A DNA stretch of 64,000 bases. It comes from an uncultured Flammeovirgaceae bacterium (lineage in GTDB: Bacteria; Bacteroidota; Bacteroidia; Cytophagales; MED-G16). Shown one piece after another: positions 1-9,368 of the stretch. The notes beneath the pieces were generated by a model. The model was not told where the DNA came from and made no database searches. It worked only from the letters and a program-made list of their open reading frames with translations. A program made the position numbers and the translations under genes. Location: contig CAJWTC010000002.1 in assembly GCA_913046795.1 (NCBI GenBank), positions 1,994 through 65,993 on the forward strand, in the 5' to 3' direction. Numbering within the stretch: the stretch's first letter is position 1; every line of letters begins with the position of its first letter.

Positions 1-132
1 TACTTCTATATCATCAGATATATCACCCTGAATATCTATAGTTGGCCAAGTCTGGAAAACAGATTGTGATCTTAAATCATTAAAAGAAGAAAATAATATG
101 ATAAAAACAATATATCTGAAATAGATTTTCAT
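1..132 (-). CDS. 5' fragment of a secreted/exported protein; the CDS continues past the window start
   Basis: Reverse-strand ATG at 130-132. My translation MKIYFRYIVFIILFSSFNDLRSQSVFQTWPTIDIQGDISDDIEV stays open to position 1. The hydrophobic N-terminus looks like a signal peptide. Not in the ORF track because it is truncated. Confidence 0.4.
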   Translation of the reverse strand, partial: MKIYFRYIVFIILFSSFNDLRSQSVFQTWPTIDIQGDISDDIEV

Positions 133-212
133 ATTACAATTTTAAGAAACCTATTTTGAGTAAATATTACTGATATGTTAAGAAATTATTACATTAAATA
201 ATTTAAATTATC

Positions 213-977
213 TTAGATTAAGATCACCCCTGAAAACTCTTTAGATGGACTACCAATAAGGTATATATCCGAGAAGTGATTTAATTTACTTTTATTAAAG
301 CTAACTTTTAACTCACCTCCTTTTGATATTACTTTCTGAATAGATAGCTTTTTATACAAGTAAAATGCTATTGTTGATGCTACTGCTCCAGTCCCACAAC
401 TTAGAGTTTCTCTTTCTACACCTTTTTCAAAGGTTCTAACATAAATTGAATCATTATCTAGATTTGAAACCAGATTGACATTACAATCACCATTTAAGTA
501 AAAATCCATTTTTCTAACTCTATCAGCTTCAAATTTTAGATCAAAATAATTTGGATCATCAACAAATTTAATATGATGAGGGGCTCCTGAGTTTATAAAA
601 TATTCGTCTCCAAAACATTCAAAAGTTGATATATCATTTATTTTTAAAGAAATCTCATTATTTATTTTCCCTAAATATTCTTTTCCAAAAGATGAAAATG
701 ATAATACCTTGCAATTCATATTCATTTCACTAAAGTAATGAAGTGAACAAAGACTACCATTTCCACAAAATCCTTTTGATCCGTCCGGATTAAAAAAAGT
801 TAAATCAAAATCATACATTTTTGATTTTTGAACAAAAAGAATTCCATCAGATTTAATAACTAAAGGATCTTTAACTAACGATGAAATTACTTTATTAGGA
901 TAGATTTTCTGATTAATGCAATCTATTAAGATAAAATTGTTACCTGAAGACTGATATTTGAAAAAGTTGATTTTCAT
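213..977 (-). CDS. dapF: diaminopimelate epimerase
   Basis: 254 aa. N-terminal FFKYQSSGNNFILID motif. Two catalytic-Cys contexts, FCGNGSLC and LSCGTGAVAS, typical of DapF. Confidence 0.9.
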   Translation of the reverse strand: MKINFFKYQSSGNNFILIDCINQKIYPNKVISSLVKDPLVIKSDGILFVQKSKMYDFDLTFFNPDGSKGFCGNGSLCSLHYFSEMNMNCKVLSFSSFGKEYLGKINNEISLKINDISTFECFGDEYFINSGAPHHIKFVDDPNYFDLKFEADRVRKMDFYLNGDCNVNLVSNLDNDSIYVRTFEKGVERETLSCGTGAVASTIAFYLYKKLSIQKVISKGGELKVSFNKSKLNHFSDIYLIGSPSKEFSGVILI

Positions 978-1007
978 TCAAACCAATAGATTATAATTGG
1001 CTTAATA

Positions 1008-1361
1008 TTATATTTTTTCTTTAATCTTAGCTCTTTTGCCTTTTCTATCTCTAAGATAAAAAATCCTTGCCCTTCTAACTTTACCTTTTCTAATTAATTC
1101 AATTTTATCAATTGAAGGCGAAAAAATAGGTATAATTTTTTCTACAGCTATAGAGTCAGAAATCTTTCTGATAGTAAAGGTCTCACCATTAGATCCAACA
1201 TTTTTTCTTTGCAGAACAGTACCTTGAAACTGTTGAATTCTTTCTTTGCCTCCCTCTTGAATTTTTATGTGAACATTTATAGTGTCACCAGAACTAAAAT
1301 TAGGAAAAGCCTTCTTTAACTCTTTATTCGCATTACTTAAGTTGATATTTATAGCTGCCAT
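1008..1361 (-). CDS. rplS: 50S ribosomal protein L19
   Basis: 117 aa. [26 protein letters not shown]...FTIRK...GVE and a basic C-terminus match the L19 family pattern. Confidence 0.95.
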   Translation of the reverse strand: MAAININLSNANKELKKAFPNFSSGDTINVHIKIQEGGKERIQQFQGTVLQRKNVGSNGETFTIRKISDSIAVEKIIPIFSPSIDKIELIRKGKVRRARIFYLRDRKGKRAKIKEKI

Positions 1362-1494
1362 TACTTTTTTTTGGTGTGCAAATATAATTTATTTTTGATT
1401 CTTTAAAATTTATTTACATAATTTAATTCCATCTAAAACTATCCATGATCATAATTCTAAAGAAATTATTAACTAATTCTAATTTTGTAATTGT

Positions 1495-1502
1495 TAAATT
1501 TG
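1495..1502 (+). promoter_or_regulatory. candidate Bacteroidetes-type -7 promoter element (TAnnTTTG) upstream of secA
   Basis: TAAATTTG at 1495-1502, 14 nt upstream of the secA ATG, in a 155-nt divergent intergenic region. I did not find a well-spaced -33 TTTG. Confidence 0.25.
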
Positions 1503-1516
1503 TATAAATTTTAAAG

Positions 1517-4500
1517 ATGTTTGGTTTTCTCAAGAAAATATTAGGATCTAAATCAGATAAGGATTTGAAAGAAATCTATCCTTTAGTTGATAAAATCAAC
1601 TCTGAATATGACAAGCTTAACACAATAAGTGATGAAGATTTAAGATCAAAGACAGAAGAATTCAAATTAAAAATTAAAAATTCATTAATAGAGACAGAGG
1701 AAGAAATTAATAATCTAAAAATTAATTATGAAAATAATAAAGGCTCATTGGATGAGAAAGAAGAAATATTAAATTCTATTGATAAAATAACAGAAAATCA
1801 AAATAAAATTATTGAAGATATATTAAATGAAATTTTACCTGAAGCATTTGCCGTAGTAAAAGAGACTGCTAGAAGGTTTTCAGAGAATGGTTCACTTGAG
1901 GTAGAGGCAACAGATTTCGACAAAGAAATTGCACAGAAGAAAGAAAACATTAAAATAAAAGGCTCTAAGGCGATATGGCTAAATAAATGGGAGGCAGCTG
2001 GTGTTTCAATTGAGTGGAATATGGTTCATTACGACGTCCAGCTAATTGGGGGTGTAGTCCTTCACCAGGGTAAAATATCAGAAATGGCAACAGGTGAAGG
2101 TAAGACATTGGTTGCAACCTTACCAGCATATCTCAATGCTTTATCTGGGAGAGGAGTTCATATTGTCACAGTGAATGACTACTTAGCAAAAAGAGATGCT
2201 GAGTGGAATGCTCCCATTTTTCAATTCCATGGACTTGAAGTTGACTGTATAGATAAACACGATTCTAATTCTAGTGAGAGAATTAGGGCATACAATGCTG
2301 ACATCACATACGGGACAAATAACGAATTTGGTTTTGACTACTTGAGAGATAATATGGTTAGAGAAAAATCAGAACTAGTTCAGCGCAAACATAATTTTGC
2401 AATGGTCGATGAAGTTGATTCTGTCCTCATAGATGAAGCAAGAACCCCTCTAATTATCTCTGGTCCTATACCCAAAGGAGATGTCCACGAGTTTTTTGAT
2501 CTAAAGCCCAGAATTCAAAAGCTTTTTGACCTGCAAAAGAAGATAGTAACAAATTATTTATCAGAAGCTAAAAAGTTAATAACTGAGGGAAAGGAAGAGG
2601 AAGGAGGATTATCATTATTTAGAGCATACAGAGGCTTACCTAAATACAAGCCTTTAATAAAATACCTTAGTGAAATCGGAACAAAGGCAATAATGCAGAA
2701 AACAGAGAATATTTATTTACAAGACAACTCTAAGTTAATGCCTGAGGCAGATAAACCTCTTTACTTCACAATAGAAGAAAAAAGCAATAGTATCCAATTA
2801 ACTGAAAAGGGAACCGATACCATTACAAGTTCAGGTGATGACAAAAACTTCTTTATAGTTCCTGATATTGGGGTGGAGATAGATAAAATAGAAAAATCGG
2901 ATAAACCTATAGAAGAAATTGCTAAAGAAAAAGAGAAGTTAATCCAGGATTTTAGTGTAAAGACTAAAAGAATACATAGCATAAACCAACTTCTTAAAGC
3001 TTATTCTCTTTTTGAGAAAGACCAAGAGTATGTTGTTATGGATTCAAAAGTAAAAATAGTTGATGAACAGACTGGTAGGATTATGGAGGGAAGAAGGTAC
3101 TCAGATGGTCTCCACCAGGCAATTGAAGCAAAGGAAAATGTTAAGATTGAGGATGCATCTCAAACTTATGCAACCATAACTCTCCAGAACTATTTCAGAA
3201 TGTACAACAAATTATCTGGTATGACTGGGACAGCCGAAACAGAAGCCGGAGAATTCTGGGAGATATATAATTTAGACTGTGTGGTTATACCAACAAATAG
3301 AGATATAGCAAGGTCTGACATGGAAGATAAAATATACAAGACCCTTAAAGCTAAATTTAGTGCTGTTATTGATGAGATAATTGAACTTAAAAATAATGGT
3401 AGACCAATACTTGTGGGAACTACATCTGTCGAGATTTCAGAACTTCTTGGAAGGATGTTAAATATGAAAAAAATTCAGCATCAAGTTTTAAATGCAAAAC
3501 AACATGCAAAAGAAGCAGATATTGTTGCCGAGGCTGGTAAACCCGGCACCGTGACAATAGCAACAAATATGGCAGGAAGAGGTACAGATATTAAACTTAC
3601 AAGTGAATCTAAAGAGAGTGGTGGCTTAGCTATTATTGGTACCGAAAGACACGAGTCTAGAAGAGTAGATAGACAATTACGTGGTAGATCAGGCAGGCAA
3701 GGAGATGTGGGTTCTTCTCAATTTTTTGTTTCATTAGAAGATAATTTAATGAGATTGTTTGGATCTGATAGGATGATTAAAGTAATGGATAGAATGAATA
3801 TGGATGAGGACGAAGTCATTCAGCATAGCATGATAACAAAATCTATTGAGAGAGCTCAGAAGAAGGTTGAAGAAAATAATTTTGCAATTAGGAAAAGGCT
3901 TCTTGAGTACGACAATGTAATGAACTCACAAAGAGAAGTTATATACAAGAAGAGAAGGAATGCCATAATTGGAGAGAGATTAGAAGTTGATATTTTAAAT
4001 ACTATTTATGACACTTGTGACGATATAGTCTTAACCTCAAAACAAAATGATAACTATAAAGATTTTAGGCTCAATGTATTAACTATTCTAGGTCTTGACT
4101 ACAGCAAATTAAGCGAGGAAGATTTCAGGCAGAAGCAACCAGAGGAGATAACAAAATCATTATTCGAAGCTGTAAATGATAATTATAATAGAAAAAACAA
4201 TAGTATTTCAGAGGCTGCATACCCTATCCTTAAAAAGATAAAAAAAGAAAGAGGTGGTGTGGTAAAAGATATTTTAATTCCATTTACAGACGGTAACAGG
4301 CAGATAGGTGTCTCTGTAAACCTTGAAGATTCATTGGAAAGCAAAGGTAAAAACATTATTAAAGAAATGCAGAAGACAGTTTGCCTCGGAATGATTGATT
4401 TAAATTGGAAAGAACATCTTAGAGAAATGGATGATCTGAAACAATCTGTACAAAGTGCAGTATATGAACAGAAAGACCCCCTAGTGATTTATAAATTTGA

Positions 4501-4846
4501 AGGGTTTGAACTATTTAAAAAATTTATTGCTAAAGTAAATCAGGACACAGTATCATTCCTTACCAAATGTCTTATTCCAATTCAGAGTTCAAGTCAAGTT
4601 GAGGAGTCTAAACAGACAAAGGACAGAAACAGATACGACACAAATAAAGAAGAGTCTCGTTCACTTCTAACTGGTAACAAAACCCAACAAGTAGAAAAGA
4701 CCAAGCCAATTAAGTCTGAAAAAGTTTTTGGTAGGAATACTAAAGTTTCAGTAAGGTATGAAGATGGGACAGTAAAAAAAGATATAAAATTTAAAAAAGT
4801 TGAGAACGATATTAATTCTGAAAAATGTGTTGTTATAGAAGATTAG
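1517..4846 (+). CDS. secA: preprotein translocase ATPase SecA
   Basis: 1109 aa. Walker A MATGEGKTLVATLPAYLNAL, DEAD-like MVDEVDSVLIDEARTPLIISG, and TNMAGRGTDIKL...GGLAIIGTERHESRRVDRQLRGRSGRQGD. Confidence 0.97.
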   Translation: MFGFLKKILGSKSDKDLKEIYPLVDKINSEYDKLNTISDEDLRSKTEEFKLKIKNSLIETEEEINNLKINYENNKGSLDEKEEILNSIDKITENQNKIIEDILNEILPEAFAVVKETARRFSENGSLEVEATDFDKEIAQKKENIKIKGSKAIWLNKWEAAGVSIEWNMVHYDVQLIGGVVLHQGKISEMATGEGKTLVATLPAYLNALSGRGVHIVTVNDYLAKRDAEWNAPIFQFHGLEVDCIDKHDSNSSERIRAYNADITYGTNNEFGFDYLRDNMVREKSELVQRKHNFAMVDEVDSVLIDEARTPLIISGPIPKGDVHEFFDLKPRIQKLFDLQKKIVTNYLSEAKKLITEGKEEEGGLSLFRAYRGLPKYKPLIKYLSEIGTKAIMQKTENIYLQDNSKLMPEADKPLYFTIEEKSNSIQLTEKGTDTITSSGDDKNFFIVPDIGVEIDKIEKSDKPIEEIAKEKEKLIQDFSVKTKRIHSINQLLKAYSLFEKDQEYVVMDSKVKIVDEQTGRIMEGRRYSDGLHQAIEAKENVKIEDASQTYATITLQNYFRMYNKLSGMTGTAETEAGEFWEIYNLDCVVIPTNRDIARSDMEDKIYKTLKAKFSAVIDEIIELKNNGRPILVGTTSVEISELLGRMLNMKKIQHQVLNAKQHAKEADIVAEAGKPGTVTIATNMAGRGTDIKLTSESKESGGLAIIGTERHESRRVDRQLRGRSGRQGDVGSSQFFVSLEDNLMRLFGSDRMIKVMDRMNMDEDEVIQHSMITKSIERAQKKVEENNFAIRKRLLEYDNVMNSQREVIYKKRRNAIIGERLEVDILNTIYDTCDDIVLTSKQNDNYKDFRLNVLTILGLDYSKLSEEDFRQKQPEEITKSLFEAVNDNYNRKNNSISEAAYPILKKIKKERGGVVKDILIPFTDGNRQIGVSVNLEDSLESKGKNIIKEMQKTVCLGMIDLNWKEHLREMDDLKQSVQSAVYEQKDPLVIYKFEGFELFKKFIAKVNQDTVSFLTKCLIPIQSSSQVEESKQTKDRNRYDTNKEESRSLLTGNKTQQVEKTKPIKSEKVFGRNTKVSVRYEDGTVKKDIKFKKVENDINSEKCVVIED

Positions 4847-5328
4847 TTCTAATTTTTTTTTGCCTCTCATATTTTCTGTGTGGCTGCATAAGCCAGCAGG
4901 CTACTGTATCAAGTAATGATTCCAGGAGATATTTTGAAGACCTCTCCTATATTAGAGAATCCGAAACTAACTTTCAGAAAGAAGAAATATTAGATGAAGT
5001 CTACACTTTAGATACTAACTTAGGATTAAATAATAAGATAGATAGCATACTAAGTATAATTAAAAGTGAAGTAAAAGAAAATATCTATACTGATGGCTTC
5101 ACAATACAAATATATTTAGGTGATGATAGAGGTGAAGCTGAAAATACAGTAGAAAAGTTATTTGAATTAGATAGCCTTATAGAAAGTAAAACAGTTTTTA
5201 CTCAGCCAAATTACAGAGTTAAAACAGGAGGTTTTTTAGATAGATTTAATGCAAACTATGAGTTTAAGAAACTAAAAAAAGAATTTCCCAATGCTATTAT
5301 TATCCCTGAAAAAATTAAAATCAATTAA
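4825..5328 (+). CDS. SPOR-domain-like lipoprotein
   Basis: N-terminal LIFFCLSYFLCGC lipobox-like signal. C-terminal GFTIQIYLG...AENTVEKL...PNYRVKTGGF...A..EFKKLKKEFPNAII resembles a SPOR repeat. Overlaps the secA stop by 22 nt. Confidence 0.55.
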   Translation: MCCYRRLVLIFFCLSYFLCGCISQQATVSSNDSRRYFEDLSYIRESETNFQKEEILDEVYTLDTNLGLNNKIDSILSIIKSEVKENIYTDGFTIQIYLGDDRGEAENTVEKLFELDSLIESKTVFTQPNYRVKTGGFLDRFNANYEFKKLKKEFPNAIIIPEKIKIN

Positions 5329-6352
5329 ATAATTGATTCCTCATATTATCATTTATAGATAAGGCAATAATTAAAGAAACAATTAATCCTATTGCTGCAA
5401 ATAAAGTATCTTTTCCTATCATCTTAAGCGCTTTCTTATAATCTCCACCATTCTTTCTAAGATTTATAGCTATCTCTCTTCCACCAAGAAGTCCAATAAA
5501 AACCCATGTAGTACTAATTGGTATTGAACTTATAACCTTTAAATAATATAGTAGACATGCATAGATGAAGTCGACGACCGTGGCTGCCCTTACATCTATT
5601 ATATCTGATTTCTCTAATACAATCTGTTGTATTTTATCCCCTCTTAAATAAAATAATAAACCGAGTCCAAAAAAGATAAATGAAGTAACCACTAGAAATT
5701 GATCAAAAGTTAATGATCGAGGTAACACTACAGCGACATTTGCCATATCTTGCATTATCCAAGTTGACCAAAGTGCACCACTTGATATCCATTGTAATGG
5801 TAACCATATTCTTGAAGGCTTAGTATTTTTATACTTTTCAAATAAATTAGTTGTTATTGTCCATACGATAATAGCAGCAGTAAAGGCAATAACATATCCA
5901 AATAGACTTTTAGATAGTATACTAGTTATAGAGCTTGCTTGAGTTGCAAAAGCACTTAATAAAAGGATTGATGTAGAAACAGGCATTTTTAATCTTGTCA
6001 TCATTAACAAAGCTACTGGAGCAAAAACCTGAAGAAATTTAAAATTTTGAGGTGCCTCATTTAGACCTTTTGATGCCAGTCTTCCATAGCTAATATCACC
6101 TGAATAATTTATCCAACTATAAGACACAGTTATAATAAAAATTCCACCCATATAAATCCAGAGATAATACCACTTTTTATCAGAATTTGAGGCAATAAAT
6201 GTACCAATAGTTTGTATACTATCATTTGCAATTGCCGAATAGGAAGCCATGAAAAAAACACACCACATAGCTACAGCAGGATATGGGTAAACTAACCAAC
6301 ATAAAGCTGACAGAATGATAGGGGCTATTAATTCATTTTTTTTAAATTTCAT
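5321..6352 (-). CDS. polytopic membrane protein, distantly PiT (inorganic phosphate transporter)-like
   Basis: 343 aa, about 10 hydrophobic segments. Duplicated motifs SAIANDSIQTIG / MQDMANVAVV and MPVSTSILLLSAF / PISTTWVFIGLLGG recall the PiT GANDVAN and PVSTTH..G signatures. The family call is tentative. Confidence 0.45.
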   Translation of the reverse strand: MKFKKNELIAPIILSALCWLVYPYPAVAMWCVFFMASYSAIANDSIQTIGTFIASNSDKKWYYLWIYMGGIFIITVSYSWINYSGDISYGRLASKGLNEAPQNFKFLQVFAPVALLMMTRLKMPVSTSILLLSAFATQASSITSILSKSLFGYVIAFTAAIIVWTITTNLFEKYKNTKPSRIWLPLQWISSGALWSTWIMQDMANVAVVLPRSLTFDQFLVVTSFIFFGLGLLFYLRGDKIQQIVLEKSDIIDVRAATVVDFIYACLLYYLKVISSIPISTTWVFIGLLGGREIAINLRKNGGDYKKALKMIGKDTLFAAIGLIVSLIIALSINDNMRNQLFN

Positions 6353-6498
6353 ATTACAAAAATATTTTTTAATTAAAATATTTAGATAAATTAAATATTA
6401 TGTAAATGTTATTTTTATAGAATATTTGTTACGAAAATGTTAAGAAACTATAGCTAGATAATTTTAATAAAAAAAGAGACTAACTTTACCTAATATTT

Positions 6499-6828
6499 AT
6501 GATTAAAATGGACAAATTAGTAGAGGCTATTTCAAGTTTCATCAAGGATAAATTTGATGTAATGAAAGGAGATATTATTGAAAAAATTTCCTCAATTATT
6601 TCGAGATTAATTACATTCTTTATTTTATTTCTTATCCTAATGTTTTTAATTGGATTTTTAAGTATTGCTGCTGCTAACTTGATTAATGACTTTACACAAA
6701 ATAGCTATATTGGATATTTAGCTGTTGGTATTTTCTACTTGATAATATTTATCGGACTGTACAAATATTCTAAAACGGGCAAATTAAAAGATAGAATCGA
6801 GTCTGAGTTTTTGAAAGGATTAAAATAG
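6499..6828 (+). CDS. small two-TM membrane protein (Holin-X/DUF1469-like)
   Basis: 109 aa. Amphipathic N-terminus, then two long hydrophobic helices (LITFFILFLILMFLIGFLSIAAANL; IGYLAVGIFYLIIFIGLY). No phage genes nearby. Confidence 0.45.
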   Translation: MIKMDKLVEAISSFIKDKFDVMKGDIIEKISSIISRLITFFILFLILMFLIGFLSIAAANLINDFTQNSYIGYLAVGIFYLIIFIGLYKYSKTGKLKDRIESEFLKGLK

Positions 6829-7746
6829 TTAGATTTCTCCAAGCCTCTTCCTCATCTTACCCGCCTGAACACCAAACATCATCTTAAATCTCCTACAGAA
6901 ATAGGCAGTGTCCTTATACCCTACATCATTACTTATCACCTTAACTGCATTTTTTTCATCTCTTAAGAGATCTATTGCCTTCTCCATTCTCTTGTGCTCT
7001 ATATAGTCTTGAGGAGAAAACCCAATGCTATTTCTAAAAAATTGACCAACATAGTCTTCAGATATATTAAGGTGGTTTGATAAAACTTTATTAGATAATT
7101 CTTTATTTATATTTCTTTCAATAAACGAAAATAGATTCAGGATCTTCTCATCACTAAAATATTTATAATTCTCTTCAATCCCTGAAAAGAGTGGTTGGTT
7201 AGATAGGAAAGATCTTATTATTTCATAGACTAATTTAGTAGACATGAGATCAATCACATTGTTAAATCCAACAGATTTATTTTTTAACTCATTAGATATT
7301 GATCTCAATGTCATTAAAATATTTTTACTATTAAAGACATCGAGACCTACATACTTACCATGAAAAATATTAATTAGATCATAAGCCTTGACATCAATGC
7401 TGATAATTAAAAATTTCTCAGACCTTGAATTTGAGTTAGATTCTAAACCTTCGCATATATATTTAGGCTTTTTATCTATGAAATCTTCGTAAGCCAATGT
7501 CTTAGCACGCGTTGAACCAAATGAAATAGATTGAGTGTTATGAGATGATATAAATAAAGCAGAGTTCTTTTCTAGAGTTTTTTTATTTTTTCCATATCTC
7601 AGCTTACCGTCAATAGGAAATATGATTGTGTTATCAATATCATAAAAATTAGCTATGGTGAATGATTTTTTTAAAGTAATTATATTACACTTCTTTACAG
7701 AAATAGAAAGTTTACTGTTAATAACATCATGAAATAATTTATTCAT
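6829..7746 (-). CDS. AraC-family transcriptional regulator
   Basis: 305 aa. C-terminal double HTH: LSNKVLSNHLNISEDYVGQFFRNSIGFSPQDYIEHKRMEKAIDLL...ISNDVGYKDTAYFCRRFKMMFG. Confidence 0.8.
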   Translation of the reverse strand: MNKLFHDVINSKLSISVKKCNIITLKKSFTIANFYDIDNTIIFPIDGKLRYGKNKKTLEKNSALFISSHNTQSISFGSTRAKTLAYEDFIDKKPKYICEGLESNSNSRSEKFLIISIDVKAYDLINIFHGKYVGLDVFNSKNILMTLRSISNELKNKSVGFNNVIDLMSTKLVYEIIRSFLSNQPLFSGIEENYKYFSDEKILNLFSFIERNINKELSNKVLSNHLNISEDYVGQFFRNSIGFSPQDYIEHKRMEKAIDLLRDEKNAVKVISNDVGYKDTAYFCRRFKMMFGVQAGKMRKRLGEI

Positions 7747-7812
7747 AGAATATGTTTTACTTAAATCTATTACTTCTTATTTAAAGAAATAGTAAGCTTA
7801 AAGATTATTTAT

Positions 7813-8277
7813 CTAATTTAAGTTATCTATATAGTTTGAGGAAGAATAACCATCTAAAAATTTAATTATCTCGACTTGACCTCCGGAAGCTTTTACAAAA
7901 TCTGAACCTACAATATCATTTTCATTATAGTCACCACCTTTAACTAGATAATCTGGTTTTATTTTTTTTATAACTTTTAGAGGGGTTAACTCATTGAAAA
8001 TGATAACATAATCAACAAATCTAAGCGAGAGCAATACTCTAGACCTATCATCCTCACTTACTAGAGGTCTCTTATCCCCTTTTAATTTTTTTACTGATAG
8101 ATCAGAATTTAATCCAACTACCAAAATATCACCTAGAGACTTTGCTTTAGATAGAATATGAATATGGCCTGGGTGGAGGATATCAAAACAACCATTTGTG
8201 AAAACGATTTTCTTATCTTTTAATCTTATTTCTCTACAAGATTTCTCCAAGGAAGTAATAGCTAATTTTCCCTTCAT
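7813..8277 (-). CDS. rfaE2: cytidylyltransferase-fold D-glycero-beta-D-manno-heptose-1-phosphate adenylyltransferase-like (RfaE domain II type)
   Basis: 154 aa. IVFTNGCFDILHPGHIHIL nucleotidyltransferase HxGH motif, and ...DYLVKGGDY... typical of the stand-alone RfaE C-terminal domain. Confidence 0.75.
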   Translation of the reverse strand: MKGKLAITSLEKSCREIRLKDKKIVFTNGCFDILHPGHIHILSKAKSLGDILVVGLNSDLSVKKLKGDKRPLVSEDDRSRVLLSLRFVDYVIIFNELTPLKVIKKIKPDYLVKGGDYNENDIVGSDFVKASGGQVEIIKFLDGYSSSNYIDNLN

Positions 8278-9236
8278 TCTTTAGCTCTTATTTTAAAGAA
8301 TATATAGATAGAACTCAAAGTACCAACAACTAAAAGACAAACAATTTGTGATGTGTGAAGAACAGTCGCAAAAAACAAACCACTTTCATAATCTAGATTA
8401 TAACTTAACAGTATACTTGCTACAAGAAAGTGGTAAGCCCCAATGCCTGCATTTACTGGAACAACCATACCTATTGAACCTGCAACTAAAACAGCAAGTC
8501 CTGCATAAACACCTAGACCTGAAGTCTGATCAAAGGAGAAAAAAATCAGATACCCCATAAGAAAATATGTCCCCCATAGAAGTACTGTAGATAATAAAAA
8601 CCTTTTGTCATCATACAAAAACTTAACCGACATGAAACCCTCCTTGAACTCATTGAATTTATCTTTTAAAAATTTTGATTTAGTTATTATATACCTAGAA
8701 AAGATTATTACTAGCGCTATACTGCTTATTGTAATAAAGATAGATCTACTACCTAAAGACGTATAATCAATTATGTACGTCTTAATAAAAAGCATGAAAT
8801 TGGTAAATTCAATTGCCAGAAAAAGGAAGATAAGAATCAACAAAGATATTAAGTCTATTATCCTCTCCGAGACCACTGAACCTAATGATTTTGAAAAATT
8901 AATTTGATTGGTTTTAGATATTAAGTAACATCTAACAACATCATTAAATCTAGGAATTAGTAAGGCAAAAAAATATGATATTATTATAACATTTGTTGTA
9001 ACGAATGTTGAAAATTTATTATTACCACCTACTTCCATCATGAGATTCCATCTGTAAGCTCTAATTACATGTTCGAAAATAGATATAAACATTGAGAGGT
9101 AGATCCAATAAAAATTCAGCTCATTTAATCTCAAGTAGAAGTCTGAGAAATCAATAGATCTAAAAACAAGAAAGAAGAGGACTCCTCCTAGAGAGAGTGA
9201 TAGCAACGAGTTTATTATGACTGATTTCTTGTTCAA
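8274..9236 (-). CDS. UPF0104 / lysylphosphatidylglycerol-synthase-TM-region-like flippase-like membrane protein
   Basis: 320 aa, about 8 TM segments. The conserved-looking RAYRW motif follows TM2. 4-nt overlap with the downstream rfaE2-like gene. Confidence 0.55.
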   Translation of the reverse strand: MNKKSVIINSLLSLSLGGVLFFLVFRSIDFSDFYLRLNELNFYWIYLSMFISIFEHVIRAYRWNLMMEVGGNNKFSTFVTTNVIIISYFFALLIPRFNDVVRCYLISKTNQINFSKSLGSVVSERIIDLISLLILIFLFLAIEFTNFMLFIKTYIIDYTSLGSRSIFITISSIALVIIFSRYIITKSKFLKDKFNEFKEGFMSVKFLYDDKRFLLSTVLLWGTYFLMGYLIFFSFDQTSGLGVYAGLAVLVAGSIGMVVPVNAGIGAYHFLVASILLSYNLDYESGLFFATVLHTSQIVCLLVVGTLSSIYIFFKIRAKE

Positions 9237-9368
9237 TTTTTTTTCTTACAAATCTAATGTTTAAATGACGTGGATATCAACATTGACATTGAATAAATTT
9301 TAAGATTGAAAAATGACTTATTTTATGTAAATTTGTGCTTCAATCTAATAAAACAATCTAACACAGAG

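Noticed and set aside
2761-2982. 73-aa antisense ORF inside secA. It stands for the whole class of 60-130 aa shadow ORFs in the track: 8348-8560, 10476-10715, 11244-11426, 13330-13569, 16425-16748, 16770-16967, 18995-19204, 20457-20684, 21837-22082, 23490-23678, 24428-24616, 24558-24770, 26240-26518, 29879-30088, 33791-34006, 33876-34163, 35849-36034, 36801-37184, 37891-38094, 38826-39062, 39186-39377, 43196-43420, 44339-44527, 47124-47390, 48873-49073, 49117-49338, 50169-50357, 53671-53895, 53965-54162, 54970-55152, 55109-55348, 55420-55644, 56548-56733, 56705-56899, 63089-63280.
   Set aside because: Each lies wholly within, and mostly antisense to, a longer ORF with clear family motifs. Their translations are low-complexity Ser/Leu/Phe/Ile-rich strings, typical of the antisense frame of AT-rich genes. 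None shows a signal or motif.
4690-4846. The SecA C-terminus lacks the CxCxSG...C(H/C) zinc-finger (SecB-binding) tail. It ends ...GRNTKVSVRYEDGTVKKD...EKCVVIED.
   Set aside because: From memory, SecA proteins of Bacteroidota commonly end in a similar non-zinc tail, and the phylum lacks SecB. This is probably lineage-typical, not a novelty, and it is worth only a quick alignment check.
6499-6828. Holin-like small membrane protein, considered as a possible prophage remnant.
   Set aside because: There are no lysin, capsid, terminase or integrase genes nearby. The neighbours are a transporter-like gene and an AraC regulator.
9306-9368. Upstream ATG extensions offered by the ORF track: 9306 for the GlgA-like gene, 10018 for the DUF4270-like gene, 12971 for the DUF998-like gene, 14043 for the lipoprotein, 46903 for the beta-barrel gene.
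   Set aside because: Internal starts place the signal peptide or the conserved N-terminus at residue 1 and remove long overlaps with neighbouring genes. The extensions translate to junk-like sequence.
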